This document shows positions 9,611 through 19,506 of a stretch of 64,000 bases of DNA, piece after piece. Each line of letters begins with the position of its first letter. The first letter of the stretch is position 1. Below the pieces are notes generated by a model. That model worked only from the letters and a program-made list of their open reading frames with translations. It ran no database searches and was not told where the DNA came from. The stretch spans positions 186,001-250,000 of IMG/VR virus record IMGVR_UViG_3300027710_000011, one strand, 5' to 3'. The position numbers and the translations under genes are program-made.

Positions 9611-10195
9611 TTAGAGCATGTCAGCATCGTCGAAGTTCAGCTGTGCTGCTGAACTGACGTTGCCTTCAGTAATTTCAGGAACTACTGCGCCGTCCGGCAT
9701 TTGAAAATCTTTCGGAATCACGTTGTACCGCTTGAAGATGTCCAGCCAAACCTTGGTTTGACGCAGAGCCTCATCCTTGCGGTCATGCAGGATTTCCAAC
9801 GAATTGATGAACCTGTTGAAGTAGTTCTGGCCTTGCGCAGGATGGATCAGGCTGAGGTCAGCCACCTTCTTCACCATGTCACTGATGTTGCCAGTCTTGC
9901 GGTCAGAGATGGTGAATGCACCTTCATCAAAGAATGGTGGAACCGTGTACAAAATGTCTCGAGTCTCATCATGGAAGACTTGCACGGACTTGAACGGGTT
10001 ACCAGCAAGAGCAATCCACTTAGCCGGAAGCTCATCGCCTTCCACCACATTCTGGCCGGCGAAGAACGGTAAAAACATCTTTACGAACAGAGATTCAGGG
10101 ATAGCCGCTTGTTCCGATTGCTCGGCGGCTGCGAGACTGCTAGCGATGCGGTTGATCAATGCACCGGTGCCGGGATACATACTTTGTTGCGACAT
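9611..10195 (-). CDS. Conserved core hypothetical protein (gp62-like)
   Basis: 194 aa, AGGAG SD, core-block position. Confidence 0.7.
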   Translation of the reverse strand: MSQQSMYPGTGALINRIASSLAAAEQSEQAAIPESLFVKMFLPFFAGQNVVEGDELPAKWIALAGNPFKSVQVFHDETRDILYTVPPFFDEGAFTISDRKTGNISDMVKKVADLSLIHPAQGQNYFNRFINSLEILHDRKDEALRQTKVWLDIFKRYNVIPKDFQMPDGAVVPEITEGNVSSAAQLNFDDADML

Positions 10196-10216
10196 GGCTA
10201 TTCTCCTAAGATTGGA

Positions 10217-10250
10217 ATAAAGACCAGGAGAATCCCTCCTGGTCTTTATG
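10217..10250 (-). terminator. Terminator
   Basis: ATAAAGACCAGGA-gaatccc-TCCTGGTCTTTATG. Confidence 0.8.
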
Positions 10251-10269
10251 TGTTTACCAGCTGGCCGTT

Positions 10270-10698
10270 TTAGACCGGAGCGGCGTCGGCGACGACTTCG
10301 CTCAGTTCTTGAGGAGCAGGCGCATCGCCGGCGGGAGCTGTGTCGACGGACTCGGGCGCCACTTCAGCGGCCTTGAAGTACTGGTAGCCTTCAACAGGCT
10401 TCTCGACCAACATCAGGCCCAGCTGCACATGGCCCTTGTTTTCCACGCCGACGGCCGACAGTTGACGAAGCAGTTCAGCAGTCATTTCTTCGCTCAGCTC
10501 GAGGAAGCGGGTCTGCATGGTGTTGGTCTCGTCTTCCAGGAAGGCGCAGAGGGTACGCTGGCCGTCAGCAGTGTGCGAGACGATCAGGCGGAAGAAGCCG
10601 GTGTTGGGGCGGAAGAAAGGCACCAGGCACAGCGACGAACCGTTGGCCAGCAGGGCAGGAGGGGTGATCAGTTGAGCAGCATCGACGTTGCTCATCAT
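10270..10698 (-). CDS. Hypothetical protein with highly expressed codon profile
   Basis: 142 aa, C/G-ending codons, acidic Ala/Pro tail. Confidence 0.75.
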   Translation of the reverse strand: MMSNVDAAQLITPPALLANGSSLCLVPFFRPNTGFFRLIVSHTADGQRTLCAFLEDETNTMQTRFLELSEEMTAELLRQLSAVGVENKGHVQLGLMLVEKPVEGYQYFKAAEVAPESVDTAPAGDAPAPQELSEVVADAAPV

Positions 10699-10841
10699 GC
10701 CGTAGCCTGGGCGCGCAGAGCGTTGCCGGAGGCGATCATTGTGTTGGCCATGATGAGGCCGACATTGGCGTTGGCAACTTCTTGAGCGATGCCGCGGAAT
10801 GCTTCGTTCATGTCCAGGGGCTTTTGGTCGTGATGGTTCAT
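10695..10841 (-). CDS. 48-aa small protein missed by the ORF track (MNHHDQKPLDMNEAFRGIAQEVANANVGLIMANTMIASGNALRAQATA)
   Basis: GAGGAA SD; ATGA stop/start overlap with the 10698 gene; same codon bias. Confidence 0.75.
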   Translation of the reverse strand: MNHHDQKPLDMNEAFRGIAQEVANANVGLIMANTMIASGNALRAQATA

Positions 10842-10858
10842 GTGTTCCTCTGAAAGGT

Positions 10859-11275
10859 TCATAGAGCGTTGTTGTTGAGATCTGAAAACTCAGCTAATTT
10901 TCCGTCCACGATGCTCAGCAACTTAGCCACAGAGAATGTTTCACCATTCAAAGTAACGGTTGCGTCGATCGTCATCGTCGTCTTTGAGCCGGAAACAGTT
11001 GGATCTGTATCAGCTACGGTGACGTTGATGTCAACGGAATCATAGTAAGTGCCCAGGTAAATATTTAATTGCTTTCTTACCGATTCTGCAGCAGCAGTCA
11101 TGTCTCTTGGATTCTCTTTCATGATCCAAGGGAAGCTAGAAATGCTGCCTGCATACAACGTAGATTGCAGGTAGTCGGACACAAAGAAGTAAACCATCAA
11201 GTAGTCTACTCGTTTTGCGTTTGACCGAACCCAGCCATCTGTAGAAAGGGTCGGTACTGGATTGATAGTGGCCAT
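10859..11275 (-). CDS. Conserved core protein (gp61-like)
   Basis: Likely start MATINPVPTLSTDGWV with GAGG SD. Confidence 0.7.
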   Translation of the reverse strand: MATINPVPTLSTDGWVRSNAKRVDYLMVYFFVSDYLQSTLYAGSISSFPWIMKENPRDMTAAAESVRKQLNIYLGTYYDSVDINVTVADTDPTVSGSKTTMTIDATVTLNGETFSVAKLLSIVDGKLAEFSDLNNNAL

Positions 11276-11406
11276 GACACCCTCGTAAGCTTGAGGAAAA
11301 AGTACGAAAACAAGCAAAAAAATAAGGCCGTGAGACCTTATCTGTCATTCAATAAAATAGACTGACCGAAGCCAATCCTTTTATTGAATGGTGCTCAAGC
11401 AGAGGG

Positions 11407-11435
11407 GGAGGAGGGCTAACACCCTCCTCCTTATG
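11407..11435 (-). terminator. Terminator-like hairpin
   Basis: GGAGGAGGG-ctaaca-CCCTCCTCCTTATG. Confidence 0.65.
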
Positions 11436-11450
11436 TCGACTAACTACGAA

Positions 11451-12080
11451 TCACAGCTTACCGCAGAACGGTGAAGTCGGATCTTCTTTTCCAGGGAGCA
11501 TCATGGTCTTGATGAAATCCCAGGTCGAGAGGATCTCGATCTTTTCCGTCACAGACAGCTGAACGTCAGCTGCACTTTCGTCCAGATAGTTCACGCACTG
11601 CCATTCGTATTCTGGATCGTCTGGAGTTTCTTCAACGAGTCCAGTGTTGACCAAGCGCCAGTCGTAATGATCACGGCCGATCGAATCGGGCGCCACGTCA
11701 ACGTAGCTATTTGAATAGCCATCACATTGTTGACGATGATACAACTCACGCACGCCAGGGCTCGCCATAATCCAGCGTTGCATCTTTTGGCCAGCTTGTT
11801 GAACAGAACCCAGGGTCTTGAGTTCACGAACACAATCTGAATCAAACGCATGCTGGACCGTACGAACCGCTGCCTTGGCCAAACGAATGGCTTCAGATCC
11901 ACCGTATTTCTCGAACACTTGCAGGCCGCGATTGACGAATGCTTCGCCAGCTGCCGCCATCGTATTTGAGAAACTGGTAAGTCTTTCTTCAAGGAAATTC
12001 AGGTTGGCTTGGGTTGGCACACCAAACGCGATTGCGTCAAAGTTTGCCTGCCCATGCCCGCCTTGAATAAATACGGGCAT
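11451..12080 (-). CDS. Conserved core protein (probably phiKZ gp59/Imp3-like)
   Basis: 209 aa downstream of gp55; gp number inferred from synteny. Confidence 0.6.
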   Translation of the reverse strand: MPVFIQGGHGQANFDAIAFGVPTQANLNFLEERLTSFSNTMAAAGEAFVNRGLQVFEKYGGSEAIRLAKAAVRTVQHAFDSDCVRELKTLGSVQQAGQKMQRWIMASPGVRELYHRQQCDGYSNSYVDVAPDSIGRDHYDWRLVNTGLVEETPDDPEYEWQCVNYLDESAADVQLSVTEKIEILSTWDFIKTMMLPGKEDPTSPFCGKL

Positions 12081-12103
12081 CTCGGTTTCCTTTTTTCGAT
12101 TGG

Positions 12104-13594
12104 TTAGACCGCTAAAGCCATCATGCGCTGTAGCTTTACCGGATCAGCAGGTTCTTGCAATGATTCAATCCACTCCGCCGTAGTAGCTACCACTGGTTTG
12201 GATAGACTTGCGGAATTGGACATCGATCGAACAGAGTCGATACCGTAGACGCTCATGTAGGGCGCTAAGGTTTCAAGTTTCTTTTCGATCACTTGGTCAA
12301 CAGCCAGCGTGAATTGCAGAGCATCGCCGTCAAAGTCGCAGTTCAGCGCCTTAACGATAAGAATACTCAGCGACACCGTCGGATCTTGCACGTCGGTTTT
12401 CACGCGCGAGATATAGACGTGCTGGATAGATCCACGACCAAGGGATGGGTTTCGATTCAGCGTGCAACTGATACCGACACCGCTTGGAGCTTCTGCGATC
12501 AGTTCTTTGAACAACGAATCCAGGAAAGGATTATAGTGCTCAGCATGCTCATCGATGAACCGGCAAGCTTCATTGGGCGTATAGTCCAACTTCAGCAGCT
12601 TGTTCTTCAAGTGTTCACGCAAAACTGACGTAGCAACGCCCCAGGGAATGTAGATTTCCCGGTGATTGTGAGCCTTGGTAATTGATGACACCACAGCACG
12701 GAAGCTGAAGTGTGACCGGGAAGCAACCACGTGTTTGCGGAAGGTTCCTTCTTTACCAGCCAAGGTATCACGGTAAGTCAGTTCAAAGTACTCGGCCAAC
12801 TGGTTGATCGATTTGACCGTCCGGTTTTCCTTAACGTACGTTTGGAACATGTTGGAGTCTGTGTCAATACCCGCGAGGATATGCACAGCGTCCATTGCGC
12901 CAGTCGTGATTGTGTCCACGAACCAGCCCAGGTCATTCTGTTCCAGCACCAAAAGCGAACGGTGCGGGATTGGAAGATACTGGCAGAAAATCTTGTCACG
13001 CTCAACCTGCAACAAGCGCCTCAAGTTATCGCCTTTACCGCGGTTCTTGCGGAAAAGAGGATGCTCGAATAACTCATGCATGATTTCATCGAAGTTGTCG
13101 ATGAAGTAGTTCAAACCACGATCGATGGGTTTCCCCTTGATCTTGATCTGTTCGATCATGTACAGCTTTTTAGGCGGAACTGCTGTTGGCGAATACATGG
13201 TATCGCACAACCACTGAATGATGTTGAACTTTCCGAAGCCCGATTTGAAACGGTTCTTCATCATAGTCCAGATCAGGGGATTGATCAGAGCACGCACGCC
13301 TTTCGGTGCACGCAACCACGTGATCGGTTCCAGATCCTGATCGAAGATCGGCTTAACGGATGTTCCGCAATGTGCGCAACGCACGCCGATGTTGTATTCA
13401 CCAGTCACTTCACCACACTCGCAGGTCGGGACATTGCTGAGCAAGTCTCCTGAGAATCTAGTAAAGATCAGGTTTTCCAACTTCTTCGCATCGTCTTCAG
13501 AGAAAGACGGTACATCGTTGATGATGACGGCTTCACCACCGCTGCGCTCACGATAGAGCTTGTCGAAATCAACTAACTGGGCGTAGGTCCCCAT
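12104..13594 (-). CDS. Non-virion RNAP beta' N-terminal subunit (gp55-like), uninterrupted
   Basis: CECG...CAHC zinc finger, NRNPSL, catalytic NCDFDGD, GKEGTFRKH. Confidence 0.93.
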   Translation of the reverse strand: MGTYAQLVDFDKLYRERSGGEAVIINDVPSFSEDDAKKLENLIFTRFSGDLLSNVPTCECGEVTGEYNIGVRCAHCGTSVKPIFDQDLEPITWLRAPKGVRALINPLIWTMMKNRFKSGFGKFNIIQWLCDTMYSPTAVPPKKLYMIEQIKIKGKPIDRGLNYFIDNFDEIMHELFEHPLFRKNRGKGDNLRRLLQVERDKIFCQYLPIPHRSLLVLEQNDLGWFVDTITTGAMDAVHILAGIDTDSNMFQTYVKENRTVKSINQLAEYFELTYRDTLAGKEGTFRKHVVASRSHFSFRAVVSSITKAHNHREIYIPWGVATSVLREHLKNKLLKLDYTPNEACRFIDEHAEHYNPFLDSLFKELIAEAPSGVGISCTLNRNPSLGRGSIQHVYISRVKTDVQDPTVSLSILIVKALNCDFDGDALQFTLAVDQVIEKKLETLAPYMSVYGIDSVRSMSNSASLSKPVVATTAEWIESLQEPADPVKLQRMMALAV

Positions 13595-13627
13595 TTGTTG
13601 TTTTGTCCTATTTTTTCAGCTGGGTTG

Positions 13628-13661
13628 AAAAAAAGAGAGCCCCTGCGGGCTCTCTTTTATG
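13628..13661 (-). terminator. Terminator of chmA
   Basis: AAAAGAGAGCCC-ctgc-GGGCTCTCTTTTATG. Confidence 0.85.
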
Positions 13662-13685
13662 CTTTACTCTCAGTTACCTGAGAGC

Positions 13686-15734
13686 TTAGCGCCAACGGCC
13701 CAGGCCAGTGTTCAGGCTGTTTGCCGGACCTTGGGAGGTAGGCATACCGCGATTGAACAGGTTGCTGGCGCCGTTGAGGCCGCCGGTTGCTTGGGCCAGG
13801 AAGCTGGCTTGACCACGGCTGCCGGAGACGATGTCCATGTACGGAGTTTCCGGACGGATCGACAGGCCGGCGTCGGCCATTGCTGCTGCCAGGGCATCCA
13901 GGAACTTGTTGCGGAAGGTCATGCGACGAGCCGCACCAGTCACGGTCAGACCAGCAGAGATCTGGCGAGCGATCTTCAGGCGCTCATGCTGACGCTGTTC
14001 CCACGAGTAGTCCAGCTGAGTGAAGGTGTCCGACCAGGCACGGCCTTGCTCAGGATTGGTGGCGCCCAGGACGTTCAGCACGCACAGTTGGTCGATTTCA
14101 CGCAGGTCAAGGGTACGGCCCTTGTTGTCAGTGAAATAACCCAGGTGGATGCGGTTCTCGTCGTTCACCATCACCGGCTCGCCGTCGGCGAAGTACTTGG
14201 CCATGTGACCACCGGTCAGCAGGTTGGCCGCGTCGATGATGTCTTGGTTGGCGCGAGGATTGCAGGTGGCGTTGGCGAACACAGAGTTCTGCCAAGTGCT
14301 GGCGCCGCATTCTTCAACGTCGATCGAGATGACCAGCTCAGGACGCACGAAGGCCGACAGCAAGCTGTGCAGATCGTGAGGCGTGAAGGTGTTCGAACGG
14401 GTCTGGTCGAAAGGCTTGCCGAAGCCGGAAGGATCGTTGCCATTGTTGACTTCGATGCCGATGGCGCCGATGTCGTGATGGTTGGCGTCCAGGCCGGCCG
14501 AGCGAGCGAAGGCGCCCATCCAGTTGTTCTGACGCTTCAGGATGTTGACGGCAGCCAAACCCCACAGCCAGCCAGGCAGCGTTGCCAGATCGCTCGACGA
14601 TGTGTCAGTGATCACGAAACGCGGCAGGTACTTGTAGGGCATCTGGTTGGGCAGCGGAGCCTGAGTGGCGAACGGCGAAGCGAACTGGTTCTGCTGCGCG
14701 CCCATCATGCTCTCGTTTTCCCACCACATCAGGTCCAGGAAGCCGCCGATCTTGAAGATCTCGGTGTTGACCTGGCCGCTGTTCAGCGACTGGATCACAT
14801 TGCGCTTGCCTTGTTGTTGGCCGGTCACCAGCGAGTAGCTCACCACGACGTCTTGACGAACGGGGTTGCCCACGCTGTCGCTGCCGTTGGGCTGGTTGTA
14901 GGTCAACTTGGCGACGGAGTCCAGACGGCCACCGGCAGCTTGCAGCAGCTCGGGCAGTTCCAGGTCCTTGAAGTCGGTCTTGACGGTTGTGTTCAAGATC
15001 GTGCCGCAAGCGGTCAAGGCGTTGGCCAGGGTACGCTGAACCAGGTTCAGGTCCTTGTAGTTGTAGCCCACAGGGATCACTTCGGCTTCAGCGTCGTAGA
15101 TGTTGATGCCGGGGTACAGCGAAGTCAGGGTTGCTTCCACCACGCCGCGGTAGTCTTCGTCGTAGGCGTCGCCGACAACGCGCTGCAGTTCGATGATGGC
15201 GTTGGTACCGGGAGCGGTCAGTTGTTGCACAGGCAGTTGCTCAGCCGTGTCGGCCAGCAGCAGAACGTGGCAAGCGACGCCGGCGTTCGGGGAATCAGCC
15301 AGGCGGACGCACAGGACAACGGCGGAAGCGAACAGGCGAGTAGCGGACTCGTTGGCGTTGATCGGCACGATCTCGATGTTGTAGCCGGTGTCTTTGGCTT
15401 CCAGCGTCGAGCGAATCGATTCGATGAACTTCTTGATGGCGTCAGCGGCAGGAGCGGACGACAGAGGCGCGGTGTTGCCGGAACGCAGGAGCGACAGCAG
15501 ATTCGAGGTTTGGGTAGACATAGTTGTTTTCAGCTGATTGGTTGTTGCAGGTACTTTTGCCGTGGCGACCGGCATCGGTTTCGTGGGAACAGCAGGAACG
15601 ACGGGCTTTTGCGAGATCAGTGCACTGGGCATCGCAGCGGCCATAGCCGTTTCATTCTTGACAGGGCGCTCAGCCTTTGGTGTGGGCACACCGCTGACTG
15701 GAGAACCTTGCTCTTCGTCGTCGACGTGAAGCAT
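13686..15734 (-). CDS. chmA: Chimallin, major phage-nucleus shell protein
   Basis: 682 aa immediately upstream of gp55; chimallin-like segments (ISIDVEECGASTW, NRIHLGYF, DLREIDQL); extreme codon bias. Start may be 15521. Confidence 0.9.
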   Translation of the reverse strand: MLHVDDEEQGSPVSGVPTPKAERPVKNETAMAAAMPSALISQKPVVPAVPTKPMPVATAKVPATTNQLKTTMSTQTSNLLSLLRSGNTAPLSSAPAADAIKKFIESIRSTLEAKDTGYNIEIVPINANESATRLFASAVVLCVRLADSPNAGVACHVLLLADTAEQLPVQQLTAPGTNAIIELQRVVGDAYDEDYRGVVEATLTSLYPGINIYDAEAEVIPVGYNYKDLNLVQRTLANALTACGTILNTTVKTDFKDLELPELLQAAGGRLDSVAKLTYNQPNGSDSVGNPVRQDVVVSYSLVTGQQQGKRNVIQSLNSGQVNTEIFKIGGFLDLMWWENESMMGAQQNQFASPFATQAPLPNQMPYKYLPRFVITDTSSSDLATLPGWLWGLAAVNILKRQNNWMGAFARSAGLDANHHDIGAIGIEVNNGNDPSGFGKPFDQTRSNTFTPHDLHSLLSAFVRPELVISIDVEECGASTWQNSVFANATCNPRANQDIIDAANLLTGGHMAKYFADGEPVMVNDENRIHLGYFTDNKGRTLDLREIDQLCVLNVLGATNPEQGRAWSDTFTQLDYSWEQRQHERLKIARQISAGLTVTGAARRMTFRNKFLDALAAAMADAGLSIRPETPYMDIVSGSRGQASFLAQATGGLNGASNLFNRGMPTSQGPANSLNTGLGRWR

Positions 15735-15871
15735 CTTCGTCCTTTTATGACTTGTTTTCGGTTCGTACTTCTTGCTTCGACCGCTACATGTGGGGCAAGT
15801 AACGATCTATACATCCACATCCCTGCAGAAATGTTGACGGGAGAAACCAGTTAACCCTATTCTCCAGGGAA

Positions 15872-15888
15872 GTGATATGTGGTTGAAA
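15872..15888 (-). promoter_or_regulatory. Putative early promoter TTTCAACCACATATCAC
   Basis: Motif copy upstream of chmA. Confidence 0.7.
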
Positions 15889-16107
15889 TTCTTTCGAATC
15901 CAGTTCAGAAGCACGGGCATTAATTAGGTATTCGGCAAAGCGAGACACCATAGGGTACCCCCAGACCCAGCGCAAACCAGGCCTGGAAAGAATCAGCTGT
16001 GAAGCCTCTTCCACATTATACATCTAACTCTAGTAAATTTTGACATTCCGTCGTAAGCACTGGTTACTATGGTATGTCAATCATCTACTCTTCATTAATC
16101 CGCTGCT

Positions 16108-17199
16108 ATGCAAAGCTTCTTTGGATTCGAAACGGGAAGTAATGAAGGAACGGCACTTATCCCAGACTGGAACTACTTGCGTTCAGGACTGCAAGCGAAT
16201 CTGGAAACCGTGACCTCTTACTACCGAACATACGCAGGCAAAGTAGATGGCTCTCACTTCTTGATCAAACTGATCTATGGCGTGGGGGTCACCAGATCTC
16301 TGTCTATCGATCGGTTTTATGCAACAGCTGTAGCGAAGACTCAAGGAATCGCTTCAGCAAACAAAATGACTTGTGCTGTAAGTAACGGCAACGTTTTTGA
16401 CGGCGTGTTCTACGGCAAGGGCGTTCACGAGATCATTATTGGTCATGATGACGCTTTTGATTACGACGACGCTGCTGAGAACTGGCAAGATCTTCAACCT
16501 ATCAAGGTACTGAAGCATCCTAAAAGCGATCTTGCTTTGAACATCCCAGACGGGACGATCACCAGTCGTGAAAAAGGTACAGCTGTCATTGCGATCAACA
16601 TTCCCATGCTCGCGTTGCAGTATCGTCAATGGAAGTACATCGAAGACATGCGTGCCGAAAAAACCGGCGACTCCCCTAAGGGAATTACGCATTTCATCTA
16701 CAACTACCCATTGGTGAACATGTTGAGTTCACACCTTGACGTGTGTGTCTTCAACCGTATCTACAACTTGCTCAACGGTATTCCTTTTGGGGAATCACGA
16801 GTGAGACATCCGTTTTACATGACGGACTTCACGAAACGACTTAACGATATCCAGATGCGTCAGTTGGACAATCTGAGAGGATCGACAAGAAGGTTCAACT
16901 CTTTGCTGAAGATGATTCCCTTGGTTAGTGAACCAACTTTAGCAGATTTGGCCAAGCTTCCAGAAGTAGCCCCTACACGTCAAGCTGTTTGGGCGCTGAC
17001 ATTGGCTAGATTGACAATGCTGTCATTCTTGTTCAAGGTCACAAAGCTAAGGCCTCGTGAAGTGAATGCTTCCGAGGTTAATCGCATTCAGTGGAATCTT
17101 TCTCTGTACAAGACTGAGAAAGTATTGCAACACATCCTTCCGGGCGATGCGTTTACAGATGCTAAGTACGATCTCAACGTTCTACTCGAAAAGAGTTAG
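16108..17199 (+). CDS. Conserved core, probably virion protein (gp52-like)
   Basis: 363 aa, opposite strand, between chmA and DNA polymerase. Confidence 0.7.
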   Translation: MQSFFGFETGSNEGTALIPDWNYLRSGLQANLETVTSYYRTYAGKVDGSHFLIKLIYGVGVTRSLSIDRFYATAVAKTQGIASANKMTCAVSNGNVFDGVFYGKGVHEIIIGHDDAFDYDDAAENWQDLQPIKVLKHPKSDLALNIPDGTITSREKGTAVIAINIPMLALQYRQWKYIEDMRAEKTGDSPKGITHFIYNYPLVNMLSSHLDVCVFNRIYNLLNGIPFGESRVRHPFYMTDFTKRLNDIQMRQLDNLRGSTRRFNSLLKMIPLVSEPTLADLAKLPEVAPTRQAVWALTLARLTMLSFLFKVTKLRPREVNASEVNRIQWNLSLYKTEKVLQHILPGDAFTDAKYDLNVLLEKS

Positions 17200-17201
17200 C
17201 T

Positions 17202-17262
17202 CATACAGCACCAGGTTAGTAGGGTCGCCACTTCTGTGGGACCTGCTACCTGGAGCTGTATG
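17202..17262. terminator. Long hairpin between convergent genes
   Basis: CATACAGC-accagg...cctgg-a-GCTGTATG. Confidence 0.7.
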
Positions 17263-17277
17263 ACTATATGTCGTCAA

Positions 17278-19419
17278 TCAGTAATAATCAGAACACAGGT
17301 GGGTGATTTTATCCGTCGTTGCGTAGTAACCAAGTGTCTCCAAGATCAGATAGAAGATCTTAGAGATGTCGGCAACGGAGCGACGCATGTCCAAGTAATC
17401 CACCAGCTCTGCAGGCATTCCGGTGAGTTCCAGATTGGACTGCGGCAAAAGCAGAGAAGTGATAGCGCCAGTCTTGTCGTTATCAATAAGCCACTTTTGC
17501 ATACGAGCTGCGAGATCTTTGTCCTTGATGTTCTCAACCCACTGACGAACCTGACCGGCAGATTGCAAGTCCAAACAAACCTTGGCGGCAGCGTATGGTG
17601 GGGCGGGAGCAGGGCCGTATTTGTCAGCAAAGACTTTCTGCCACAAATCGTAGAACTGATACGGTGAACCCATCGCACCTTTCTTGTACGAGCTTGCGCC
17701 CTTGATCTGTCCGCCACGCATGTACGTGGATTCACCGGCGATAATTGAACGCATAACTTCACGCTCAACATCAGCAACCTCTTTGAGATATGCGATGAGA
17801 CTGATCTTCTTGTTATCCAGTACTGTTTGCATGATGCGTTTCATCATGTCCTCAGCCTGAGCAACAATCTTCTTGGGCACGTTGGAAGACTTCAGGTGAA
17901 CACCCTTGATCTCCATCTTGTACTTCTTGTAGATATTGCCTTCTTGCGAACTAATGTACGCAAAGTAGTGTTTACCTACTTGAGTCGGAACGAACACGTC
18001 GAACTTGTATTCGTTCTTCATGGCCACCTGATGGATACGGTCAGCTTCGATACCGAAGTTGGCAGACATCATGGCCAGCACGTGAGTAATGGATTCAGCA
18101 GCCAAGAAAATCATGGTTGCCGCCAGACCAGACGTACCTTCTGTAAAGCCTGGAGAATCGCCGTAATACCAGAACACCCAGTCCTGCACGGTGAAAATCG
18201 TGGAGTCAGTATCTGAAGTCAAAGCAGCACGACGAATGCTGTCTGGGAAGAAACCCAGGGAAGCAGGTACGTTGGTTGTTCCCAGGAACGTACGAATGAA
18301 GGACTCGTACGCCATGAGCGTGTCGTTGATGTTGATGATCGTGGCAGCAAGATCTTTCTCCAGCTGTGTACCCACGATCTCTTTCATCTGTAGACCACGC
18401 ATTTCGATAGGGAACAACTGCGCGGCCAGAAGCCGGTATTCTTCACGATAGGTGTCGAATACTTTCTTCGGTTCTTCAACTGTGGAACCCGTAACTTTCT
18501 TGGACAACCTGCCAAGGAATTCACGCATCGTACCGTCGTTGAATTTCATCAGGTGATACAGATCACCCGTGTACACAAAGGCACTGCATTGTTCAGGCGT
18601 CAAGTTATACACCAGCTCACGGATCATGAGCATGTGTTGCTCACTGCGCCAATACAAGTCGGTGGAGAAACGAATGACTTGCATCGTTTCTTCGTGTGTG
18701 ACGTGACGAATGCCAAAACGCTGCATGACTTCACGCAAGTTGTCGTAATTCGTGTGATTTGTCACAGCCACGATGTTGTTGATCACGATCTCGTGATTGT
18801 GATAGTGGCGATTACCACTCAACATCTTCTCGTTATTTGCATTACCGTAACCAGAAGTGGTGCGGCAGTTCGATGTCAGAGTCGAATGTGATGTCCGATT
18901 GAACAGAGGTGTCGAGTTAGACACGTGTGCGCCGGAGATCGAGTTGTTCGATAGTTTCTTGTTGTTCTGCTCGTTCTTCTTGAACAACTGCAGAATTTTG
19001 TTACCAGCCATTTCAGCAACATACATGGCTTTCTTAGCCACACTACGCGCTTTAACGTTAATGCCGATAAACGTAGCCAAGATAGATTTCTTGACCTTGG
19101 GATGCAAGTACGTTGTGAACGTTGGTGCAATCAGTTCACGAGACTTGATGGATTCGTTCAGGTAACCCAAGAAGGTTGTTGTCTTCTCGGTACGGTCACC
19201 ATTCTCACCACGTTCCAGGTAGCGGACTGTCGGATCCTTAACAGCAAACTCACCACCTGGCTTTGAGTTCTTGATCACGTAAGCCAGACATTCGTCAAGA
19301 GGTGTCTTGGTCATGACGTGCAAGTAATGCGCGGCATCCAGAGCGTAGTTCTTAACGATATGCAGATCTCGCTTGTATTCCGTCTTCGGAAGCGTGAAAG
19401 GATTTGTGTGCGCAGACAT
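17278..19419 (-). CDS. Family B DNA polymerase, polymerase-domain subunit (gp50-like)
   Basis: KLSNNSISG, TSGYG, SDTDS and KGVHLKSS motifs; start at MSAHTN with AAGGAG SD. Confidence 0.9.
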   Translation of the reverse strand: MSAHTNPFTLPKTEYKRDLHIVKNYALDAAHYLHVMTKTPLDECLAYVIKNSKPGGEFAVKDPTVRYLERGENGDRTEKTTTFLGYLNESIKSRELIAPTFTTYLHPKVKKSILATFIGINVKARSVAKKAMYVAEMAGNKILQLFKKNEQNNKKLSNNSISGAHVSNSTPLFNRTSHSTLTSNCRTTSGYGNANNEKMLSGNRHYHNHEIVINNIVAVTNHTNYDNLREVMQRFGIRHVTHEETMQVIRFSTDLYWRSEQHMLMIRELVYNLTPEQCSAFVYTGDLYHLMKFNDGTMREFLGRLSKKVTGSTVEEPKKVFDTYREEYRLLAAQLFPIEMRGLQMKEIVGTQLEKDLAATIININDTLMAYESFIRTFLGTTNVPASLGFFPDSIRRAALTSDTDSTIFTVQDWVFWYYGDSPGFTEGTSGLAATMIFLAAESITHVLAMMSANFGIEADRIHQVAMKNEYKFDVFVPTQVGKHYFAYISSQEGNIYKKYKMEIKGVHLKSSNVPKKIVAQAEDMMKRIMQTVLDNKKISLIAYLKEVADVEREVMRSIIAGESTYMRGGQIKGASSYKKGAMGSPYQFYDLWQKVFADKYGPAPAPPYAAAKVCLDLQSAGQVRQWVENIKDKDLAARMQKWLIDNDKTGAITSLLLPQSNLELTGMPAELVDYLDMRRSVADISKIFYLILETLGYYATTDKITHLCSDYY

Positions 19420-19475
19420 GGTTCTCCTTTTTCTACAAATCATGTCTGGTTCCTGTAAAAAAGAGGCGGCATATT

Positions 19476-19506
19476 AGCCAGAGGGGACTTCCCCTCTGGC
19501 TTTATG
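19476..19506 (-). terminator. Terminator
   Basis: AGCCAGAGGGG-actt-CCCCTCTGGCTTTATG. Confidence 0.75.

Noticed and set aside
13659-15854. 731-aa plus-strand ORF
   Set aside because: Antisense shadow of codon-biased chmA; no SD or protein-like features.
15784-16023. 79-aa ORF upstream of chmA
   Set aside because: Overlaps the promoter motif, has no SD, and is likely spurious.
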